Below are positions 25,694 through 32,000 of a stretch of 32,000 bases of DNA, one piece after another. The DNA is from Dickeya solani IPO 2222. GTDB taxonomy: Bacteria > Pseudomonadota > Gammaproteobacteria > Enterobacterales > Enterobacteriaceae. A program made the position numbers and the translations under genes. The DNA is taken from positions 3,660,001 through 3,692,000 of the forward strand of contig NZ_CP015137.1 of the NCBI RefSeq assembly GCF_001644705.1, written 5' to 3'. Every line of letters starts with the position of its first letter. Within the stretch, counting starts at the first letter, position 1. The notes under the pieces were generated by a model, which had not been told where the DNA came from, did not search any database, and saw only the letters and a list, made by a program, of their open reading frames with translations.

Positions 25694-26670
25694 TGCCCGG
25701 TCAGGCGATGTTTCGCCAGGATGCGCGCCACTTCAATTTTTTCCAACTGGTGGAATTGCTTAACCAGATGGAGGGCGTCGACCTGGAGCAGGCGCTCGAC
25801 TTCCGGCCGGAGCTGGAGCGCATTCGCTTTCGTTCTTCCGCGTCGATTGGCTTTCACCCCAGCGATGTCCTGCGGGTGGGGGAGGATGTCGACGGTCGGC
25901 AGGAGCTGGAGGTCGCTTTTCTCGGTCTGCACGGCAGCCAGTCGCCGATGCCGGGGTATTACCTCGAAGAACTGGCGTGGGAGTACGCCCAGGGCGAGCA
26001 GAAACTGGGTGTGTTTCTCGATTTTTTCCATCATCGGCTGCTGACGCTGCTGCACCGCGCCTGGCGTAAATACCGCTACCACGTCCGTTTCCAGAATGAC
26101 GGCGAAGACGGTTTCTCCCGGCTGATGTTTGCACTGGTGGGGCTCGGCAACGACGCGGTGCGCGATAGCTTGCCGGTCAACCGGGCCAAGATGCTGTCTT
26201 ACGCCGGCCTGCTGGCCAGTCCCAGCCGTTCGCCGGAAGTGGTGGCCGGTCTGGTTATTCACTGCTTTGACCTTGAATTCGTGGAGGTCATCGCCTGGCA
26301 GCACCGCAAAGTACCGATTTTCGAAGACCAGCAAAACCGGCTGGGGCGCGCCAACAGCGTGCTGGGTGGGGATTTTGTCATTGGCGACAAGGTGAATGAC
26401 TGTGCCGGCAAATTCCTGCTCAAAGTGGATAACCTCAGCTTCGGCCGTTTTCTCAGTTTCCTGCCCAACGGTGAGCATTTTCAGCCGCTGGTGCGTTTTG
26501 TTTCCTTCATTCTGCGCGATCAACTGGCCTGGGACCTGCGCCTCGGTTTCGCCGAAGGAGAGGCCAGAGGGTTGCGGCTGGGCGATGACCAGAGCAGCCG
26601 TCTGGGATGGAGCAGCTTTCTCGGGCAGCCACCCGCCGACCCGTATGTGACGATTTGTGTGCAGGAGTAA
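25657..26670 (+). CDS. tssG: T6SS baseplate protein TssG
   Basis: FNFFQLVELLNQ and LGLHGSQSPMPGYY motifs. The alternative start at the ATG at 25693 (TAATG overlap with the tssF stop) is at least as likely. Confidence 0.92.
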   Translation: MAGADRSALDDVMPGQAMFRQDARHFNFFQLVELLNQMEGVDLEQALDFRPELERIRFRSSASIGFHPSDVLRVGEDVDGRQELEVAFLGLHGSQSPMPGYYLEELAWEYAQGEQKLGVFLDFFHHRLLTLLHRAWRKYRYHVRFQNDGEDGFSRLMFALVGLGNDAVRDSLPVNRAKMLSYAGLLASPSRSPEVVAGLVIHCFDLEFVEVIAWQHRKVPIFEDQQNRLGRANSVLGGDFVIGDKVNDCAGKFLLKVDNLSFGRFLSFLPNGEHFQPLVRFVSFILRDQLAWDLRLGFAEGEARGLRLGDDQSSRLGWSSFLGQPPADPYVTICVQE

Positions 26671-26672
26671 TT

Positions 26673-27902
26673 GTGAACGAAAACAACCCACTCACGCTGG
26701 TGGTGCTCAACAGCGAACAGCTGGATATCAATTCGCAGGTGCAGCACCGGTTTGATCACCGCGGCGGCACGCTGGGCGCGTCGGAAAAGGATCAATGGCA
26801 ACTACGCGACCGGCTTGGGGCGGTATTGCCTGAACATGCGCGCATCGAACTGCAGGACGGCCATTTCTGCGTGTGCGACCTGAGCGGCCAGACCTTCATC
26901 AACGGCGCGTTATCGCCCATCGGCCGTGACCGCCGGGTGAGTCTGGAGCACGGCGACGAACTGGTGATCGGTCCGTTCCGGCTGGGGGTCTACCTTGAAG
27001 ATCCTGCTCGCGAACAGGATATCGATCAGGTACTGGGTCAGCGCCCCGGCGACGTGCTGGAAGGGTGGCTTGGCGAAGAGCGACATAGCCCGACCGTCGA
27101 AGAGACGACGGCGAGCCAATTTAATGACCCGTTGTGGGCGTTGCAGCAGGAACAGAGCCGCTCGCTGCTGGCAACGGAGGGTGAGCGCGGCGACGAACTG
27201 CCGGCCTCGCTTTCTTCTTTTTCTGCCGTTGAGGACACCATGGATCAGAAATTTGTGGAATTACCGACCATTGACAATCCGCACATTGACAAGCCGCACG
27301 CTGGGGCGGGTCTGGGCGGGCAGGCTGACGCGGTGACGCTGGCGCCGCTGCTGCGCGGGCTGGGCGTATCGCTGAATACCGGTGATGAACAGCAACTGCG
27401 CGACATGCTGGAAGAGATGGGCCGAAGCCTGAAGGCGACGGTGGAAGGTCTGCTGACTCTACAGGCCGATCAGGCGGCATTGGCGGATACCCATCTGCGG
27501 CCGATCGAAGATAACCCGCTGCGGCTGGGGCTGGATTACACCGACACCCTGTCGCTGCTGTTCGCCGACGATAAAAGCCCGGTGCATCTGTCCGCGCCTG
27601 CGGCGGTCAGCGAAGTGCTCAGCAATATGCAGGCGCATCATCGGGCCAACCAGCAGGCGATCGCCGTGGCGCTGGAAAGCATTCTACAGGCGTTTTCACC
27701 GACGGCGCTGCTGGGCCGTTTCGAACATTATCGCCGCAGCGGCGAACGCCAGGCGCTGGACGACGGTTGGGCGTGGCAGATGTACCAGCACTATTACCGC
27801 GAACTGACCTCGCCGCGTCAGCAAGGGTTCCAGAAACTGTTCCATCAGGTGTATGCGCAGGCGTATGACCGCGCGGTTCGCCAGCAACAGGAGCAGAAAT
27901 AA
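26673..27902 (+). CDS. tagH: T6SS-associated FHA-domain protein TagH (Fha)
   Basis: The GTG at 26673 follows GCAGGAG (26661-26667). N-terminal FHA pattern: LTLVVLN...HRFDHRGGTLGASEKDQWQLRD...HARIELQDGHFCVCDLSGQTFINGA. The tracked start at 26607 overlaps tssG by 64 nt and is unlikely. Confidence 0.88.
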   Translation: MNENNPLTLVVLNSEQLDINSQVQHRFDHRGGTLGASEKDQWQLRDRLGAVLPEHARIELQDGHFCVCDLSGQTFINGALSPIGRDRRVSLEHGDELVIGPFRLGVYLEDPAREQDIDQVLGQRPGDVLEGWLGEERHSPTVEETTASQFNDPLWALQQEQSRSLLATEGERGDELPASLSSFSAVEDTMDQKFVELPTIDNPHIDKPHAGAGLGGQADAVTLAPLLRGLGVSLNTGDEQQLRDMLEEMGRSLKATVEGLLTLQADQAALADTHLRPIEDNPLRLGLDYTDTLSLLFADDKSPVHLSAPAAVSEVLSNMQAHHRANQQAIAVALESILQAFSPTALLGRFEHYRRSGERQALDDGWAWQMYQHYYRELTSPRQQGFQKLFHQVYAQAYDRAVRQQQEQK

Positions 27903-28423
27903 TGCTGCGAGCCTTATGGTTATGCGCCTTGATCCTGCTGCTTCCCGGCTGCTCCACGCTCGGCAAGATGGCGAAGGTGGCGGCCAATCCGGATATTCAG
28001 ATAGGCAGCAACGATAACCAGCCGTCCACCGTCGGTTTCAGTCTGGTGGCGGAGCCGGACGTCAACCCCAGCGAGAGCGGCGAAGCCGCGCCAGTTGAGT
28101 TCCAACTGGTGATGCTGGCGGAAGACTCTCGTCTGCTGGCCACCGATTACGACCAGGTAACCACCGATATCGAAAAGGCGCTGGCCAAGAATTACATCAG
28201 CCATCAGGACTACACGCTGCTGCCGGGGCAGTTCAAATACCTGCCGCCGGTCAAGCTGGATGACAAAGTGCATTACATCGGGGTGATCGCCAAGTACGCC
28301 GATCCGGACAGCGCCGAGTGGCGCAAGGTGATCAAACTGAAAAACACCGGCCACACTTATCAGCTTCTGGTGCATCTGCGCCGCGAAGAAGTCGAAATCA
28401 AGAAAGATCAAGAAGAAGAATAA
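27902..28423 (+). CDS. tssJ: T6SS outer-membrane lipoprotein TssJ
   Basis: 173 aa. Signal peptide with lipobox LLPGC. The size and position between tagH and tssK are typical. The ATG overlaps the tagH TAA by 1 nt. Confidence 0.9.
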   Translation: MLRALWLCALILLLPGCSTLGKMAKVAANPDIQIGSNDNQPSTVGFSLVAEPDVNPSESGEAAPVEFQLVMLAEDSRLLATDYDQVTTDIEKALAKNYISHQDYTLLPGQFKYLPPVKLDDKVHYIGVIAKYADPDSAEWRKVIKLKNTGHTYQLLVHLRREEVEIKKDQEEE

Positions 28424-28425
28424 CT

Positions 28426-29763
28426 ATGTCGAGCCGAAATCGGATTATTTGGCGGGAAGGGCTGTTCATCAAGCCACAGCATTTCCAGCAACAGCAAAGA
28501 CACACGGACTACGCGTTGCATGCACGCCTCAGCGCGCTCAGCGATTATTTTTACGGCCTGCAGTCACTGGCGATCAACGAGGAATACCTCAACTTCGGGC
28601 GCATTGCGCTGGTGAACGCCACCGGCGTGATGCCGGACGGCACGGTATTCAACATTCCGGGGGATGACGCGCTGCCGCAACCGCTGGAGATCACCGATGT
28701 CGCGCTGGCTAACCAGAAAGTGTATCTGGCGCTGCCGCTGGCGGTGAACGGCGTCAGCGAAGTGGGGCAGACGGGCGCCGGCATCGCCACCCGCTTGCAG
28801 TCGCATCGTCACGATGTGCGCGATTTGCACAGCGAGGGCGGCGACGTGGTGTCGGTGGAGGTGGGCAAGGTCAGCCTGCGGCTGATGCTGGAACGCGATG
28901 ATCGCAGCGCCTACGCCTCGCTGGCGATAGCCAACATCCTCGACAAGCGGCCGGACGGCGGTCTGGTGCTGGACCCCAATTTTATGCCGTGCAGCATCAG
29001 CGTCACCGCCATTCCGAGCCTGAAACGCTTTTTGGGCGAGTCCGCCGGTCTGGTGGCGGAACGCGCCCGTAGTCTGGCCCAGCGTATCGCCGCACCCGGT
29101 CAGCAAGGGGTGGCGGACGTGGCGGAATTCATCATGCTGCAACTGCTTAACCGCGCTCAGCCGCAGCTGTCGCATCTGGCGCGCCTCGGTACGTTGCACC
29201 CGGAGCGGCTGCACGAAGCGCTGGTGCAACTGTGCGGCGAACTGATGACCTTTACCGACGAGTCGCGTCTGCCGCCGGAGTTTCCCGCTTACCGCCACGA
29301 ACATCAGCAATCCAGCTTCGAGCCGCTGATGATGGCGCTGCGTCAGGCGCTGAGCACCGTGCTGTCGCCGCGCGCGGTGTCGATTCAGATGAAAGCGCAG
29401 CCTTACGGCGTGCGGGTGGCGCTGGTGGGCGACGCCGAACTGATGGCCGGCGCCGAATTTGTGCTGGCGGTGCGCGCTCGTATGCCGCAGGAGCATTTGC
29501 GCAAACAGCTGTTGCAGCAAACCAAGATCGCTTCCAGCGACAAAATCCGCGAACTCATCAGCCTGCAACTGCCCGGCGTGCCGCTGCTGCCGTTGCCGGT
29601 GGCGCCGCGTCAGCTGCCGTATCACGCCGGCTACAGCTACTTCCAGCTGGACAGACAAAGCCCGGCCTGGAAATCGCTGGTCACCAGCAACACGCTGGCG
29701 TTCCACATCGCTGGCGAATTCCCGGAACTGGACATGCAACTGTGGGCCATCCGCGGCCAGTAG
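28426..29763 (+). CDS. tssK: T6SS baseplate protein TssK
   Basis: The ATG at 28426 gives MSSRNRIIWREGLFIKPQHFQQQQRH, the canonical TssK N-terminus. The tracked start at 28318 lies inside tssJ. Confidence 0.93.
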   Translation: MSSRNRIIWREGLFIKPQHFQQQQRHTDYALHARLSALSDYFYGLQSLAINEEYLNFGRIALVNATGVMPDGTVFNIPGDDALPQPLEITDVALANQKVYLALPLAVNGVSEVGQTGAGIATRLQSHRHDVRDLHSEGGDVVSVEVGKVSLRLMLERDDRSAYASLAIANILDKRPDGGLVLDPNFMPCSISVTAIPSLKRFLGESAGLVAERARSLAQRIAAPGQQGVADVAEFIMLQLLNRAQPQLSHLARLGTLHPERLHEALVQLCGELMTFTDESRLPPEFPAYRHEHQQSSFEPLMMALRQALSTVLSPRAVSIQMKAQPYGVRVALVGDAELMAGAEFVLAVRARMPQEHLRKQLLQQTKIASSDKIRELISLQLPGVPLLPLPVAPRQLPYHAGYSYFQLDRQSPAWKSLVTSNTLAFHIAGEFPELDMQLWAIRGQ

Positions 29764-29779
29764 TTAACAGGAGGATCCC

Positions 29780-30556
29780 GTGAGTACCGACATCATCAAA
29801 AGCGATCAGTTGGGCGACCTGTTGTATGACAACGCCCGGCAACTGGACATGGATTCCGATTACTGGTTTCGCCTGCGCGGGCAGAGCATCAACCCGATGA
29901 TCGACGCCGTTACCCCGTTGCTGGGCATGGTGGAGCGCGTGCGTCAGATGTCCGAATACGACGGCGTGGCGGAGCTATACCAGCGCGTGCAGTCCGAAAT
30001 TCAGGCTATCGAGCAGGAACTGCATTCCCACGGTTACGAGAACGGCGTGATTCTGTCGTTTCGCTACATTCTGTGCACCTTCATTGACGAAGCGGTGATG
30101 GGGCGGGAGTGGGGCGGGCAGAGCGTGTGGTCCGCCCATTCGCTGCTTACCCGTTTTCACAATGAAACCTGGGGCGGCGAGAAGGTATTCGTGCTGCTGG
30201 AAAAGCTGTTGGATGACCCGGTGCGCTACCGCGACATTCTGGAGTTCATCTACCTGTGTCTGTGCCTCGGTTTCGAAGGCCGCTACCGGGTGATGACGCA
30301 GGGACGCGAAGAGCTGGATCGGGTAGTGCGCCGCTTGCACGACACCCTGCGTCCGGAGCCGGAAAACCCGCCGACGGTGTTCCACCTCAATCTGGGGCAG
30401 CAGTCTTCCCGTTACCAACTGCGTAAACAGATTTCGTTGCGCACCCTGTTTATCGGCCTGTGCGTGGTGATGGTCGCGGCGTTTGGCCTCTATCACCACC
30501 AGCTAACCAACCAGACCCAGGACGTACTGCGTCAGCTGGGAGAATTATTACAATAA
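29780..30556 (+). CDS. tssL: T6SS membrane-complex protein TssL (DotU family), short form with no peptidoglycan-binding extension
   Basis: 258 aa. The GTG start follows ACAGGAGGA. DotU pattern NPMIDAVTPLL...EFIYLCLCLGFEGRY, with a single C-terminal TM segment (LFIGLCVVMVAAFGLY). Confidence 0.9.
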   Translation: MSTDIIKSDQLGDLLYDNARQLDMDSDYWFRLRGQSINPMIDAVTPLLGMVERVRQMSEYDGVAELYQRVQSEIQAIEQELHSHGYENGVILSFRYILCTFIDEAVMGREWGGQSVWSAHSLLTRFHNETWGGEKVFVLLEKLLDDPVRYRDILEFIYLCLCLGFEGRYRVMTQGREELDRVVRRLHDTLRPEPENPPTVFHLNLGQQSSRYQLRKQISLRTLFIGLCVVMVAAFGLYHHQLTNQTQDVLRQLGELLQ

Positions 30557-30571
30557 CAGGAGCGTATTCTC

Positions 30572-32000
30572 GTGATTCGAATCGAACTGCCGATCCTGGT
30601 TGAGCGACTCAACCCGCTGTGCCGCCACATGATGGAAGAGGCGGCGGCGCTGTGCATTCAGCATCAGGGCGCGGAGATCCGCATTGAGCACCTGCTGCTG
30701 AAAATGCTGGAGACGCCGTTGTGCGACGTGCGCCAGATCATCAAACGCGCCGGGATGGATGCCGACGAACTGTCGGCATTGCTGCAACCCAATGCCGCGG
30801 ATAAAGGGTTTGAGTCAGGCTATCCCTCGTTTTCGCCGCTGCTGGTTGAGTGGTTGCAGGACAGCTGGCTGCTGGCCTCGGCCGAACTCCAGCACGCCCG
30901 GCTGCGCAGCGGCGTGCTGCTGCTGGTGCTGTTGATGACGCCGACGCGCTATCTGTCGGCCACGGTAACCCGCCAACTGGCTCAGATTAACCGCGAACTG
31001 CTGCGTCAGCAGTTTGACGAATGGGTGAAAGACTCGGCGGAAACCGAGGTGATTTCCGCCGCCGGCGCGACGCCGGAGCAGGCGGCTGCAGCCACCACCC
31101 AGCTGTCTCGTTATACCCAGAATGTCACCGAGTCCGCCCGTCAGGGCAAGCTGGACCCGGTGCTGTGCCGCGATCATGAAATCGACCTGATGATCGACAT
31201 TCTGTCCCGTCGCCGTAAAAACAACCCGATCGTGGTTGGCGAGGCCGGGGTGGGTAAGAGCGCGCTGATTGAAGGACTGGCGCTGCGCATCGTCGCCGGG
31301 CTGGTGCCGGAGCGGCTGCGTGACGTGGAACTGTTGACGCTGGATTTGGGCGCGATGCAGGCCGGCGCCTCAGTGAAAGGCGAATTCGAGAAGCGTTTCA
31401 AAGGGGTGATGCAGGAAGTCAAAGAGTCGCCGAAACCGGTTGTCCTGTTCATCGACGAGGCCCACACCTTAATCGGCGCCGGCAATCAGGCCGGTGGGCT
31501 GGATGTGTCCAACCTGCTTAAACCGGCGCTGGCGCGCGGCGAACTGCGCACTATCGCCGCCACTACCTGGAGCGAATACAAGAAATACGTGGAAAAAGAC
31601 GCCGCGCTGTCGCGTCGTTTCCAACTGGTGAAAGTGGGCGAGCCGAACGTTGACGAAGCCACGGTGATTCTGCGCGGGCTGCGCAGTATTTATGAACAAT
31701 CGCACGGTGTGTTGATCGACGAAGAAGCCCTGCAGGCGGCGGCCAATCTGTCCGCCCGTTATATCTCCGGGCGTCAGTTGCCGGACAAAGCGATCGACGT
31801 ACTGGATACCGCCTGCGCACGCGTCGCCATCAACCTGACTACGCCGCCGCGCGCGGTCAGCCAGTTGCAGACCCGTTTGCATCAGCAGGCGCTGGAAATC
31901 GCCCAACTGGAGCGTCAGGGCCGCATCGGTCTTGGCGACACGGCGGAGCGGCTGGCGACGCTGCGTGACGCCAGCGAAACGGACGCCGCGACGCTGGCGC
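30572..32000 (+). CDS. clpV: T6SS AAA+ ATPase TssH (ClpV); 3' end lies outside the window
   Basis: This ORF is absent from the track because it has no stop inside the window. My own translation from the GTG at 30572 (after ACAGGAG) gives VIRIELPILVERLNPLC... Walker A is VVGEAGVGKSA (31232-31264) and Walker B is VVLFIDEAH. ALSRRFQLVKVGEP is also present. Confidence 0.93.
   Translation, partial: MIRIELPILVERLNPLCRHMMEEAAALCIQHQGAEIRIEHLLLKMLETPLCDVRQIIKRAGMDADELSALLQPNAADKGFESGYPSFSPLLVEWLQDSWLLASAELQHARLRSGVLLLVLLMTPTRYLSATVTRQLAQINRELLRQQFDEWVKDSAETEVISAAGATPEQAAAATTQLSRYTQNVTESARQGKLDPVLCRDHEIDLMIDILSRRRKNNPIVVGEAGVGKSALIEGLALRIVAGLVPERLRDVELLTLDLGAMQAGASVKGEFEKRFKGVMQEVKESPKPVVLFIDEAHTLIGAGNQAGGLDVSNLLKPALARGELRTIAATTWSEYKKYVEKDAALSRRFQLVKVGEPNVDEATVILRGLRSIYEQSHGVLIDEEALQAAANLSARYISGRQLPDKAIDVLDTACARVAINLTTPPRAVSQLQTRLHQQALEIAQLERQGRIGLGDTAERLATLRDASETDAATLA

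Overview
Enterobacterial chromosomal segment. It looks like a soft-rot Pectobacteriaceae or Dickeya-type genome, but that is inferred only from gene content and an ERIC element. About 26 of the 32 kb belongs to a type VI secretion system (T6SS).

Layout:
- 1-2.8 kb: housekeeping genes. These are the 3' part of a family-5 ABC substrate-binding protein and a convergent amn, which share one bidirectional terminator.
- 2.8-17.5 kb: a spike/effector island. In order: a candidate sigma-54 promoter with repeated upstream palindromes, hcp, a terminator, vgrG, a PAAR-lipase effector whose reading frame is broken by a 1-nt frameshift, an ankyrin-repeat lipoprotein (probable immunity), two tandem DUF4123-type adaptor paralogues, a 1660-aa PAAR-less Rhs toxin with a small HNH/EndoVII-like C-terminal toxin, and its immunity gene.
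- Next comes a tandem, decayed orphan rhs-CT/immunity cassette. It carries a close toxin variant but a much more diverged immunity gene. Each cassette ends with the same terminator hairpin and a SymE/AbrB-like gene remnant on the opposite strand.
- 17.7-20.5 kb: an N-formylglutamate-amidohydrolase-family gene (-) and an M20 amidohydrolase (+), with about 0.8 kb of apparently non-coding DNA between them.
- 20.5-21.5 kb: an AT-rich leader containing an ERIC repeat.
- 21.5-32 kb: the T6SS core operon tssB-tssC-tssE-tssF-tssG-tagH-tssJ-tssK-tssL-tssH(clpV). clpV runs off the window.

No rRNA, tRNA, CRISPR array or intact IS element was seen. Many long minus-strand ORFs in the track are mirror-frame artefacts of GC-rich genes.

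The items most worth a second look are the frameshifted PAAR-lipase and its ankyrin lipoprotein, the double DUF4123 adaptors with the PAAR-less Rhs, the main/orphan toxin-immunity divergence pattern, the SymE-like cassette ends, and the sigma-54/palindrome region upstream of hcp.
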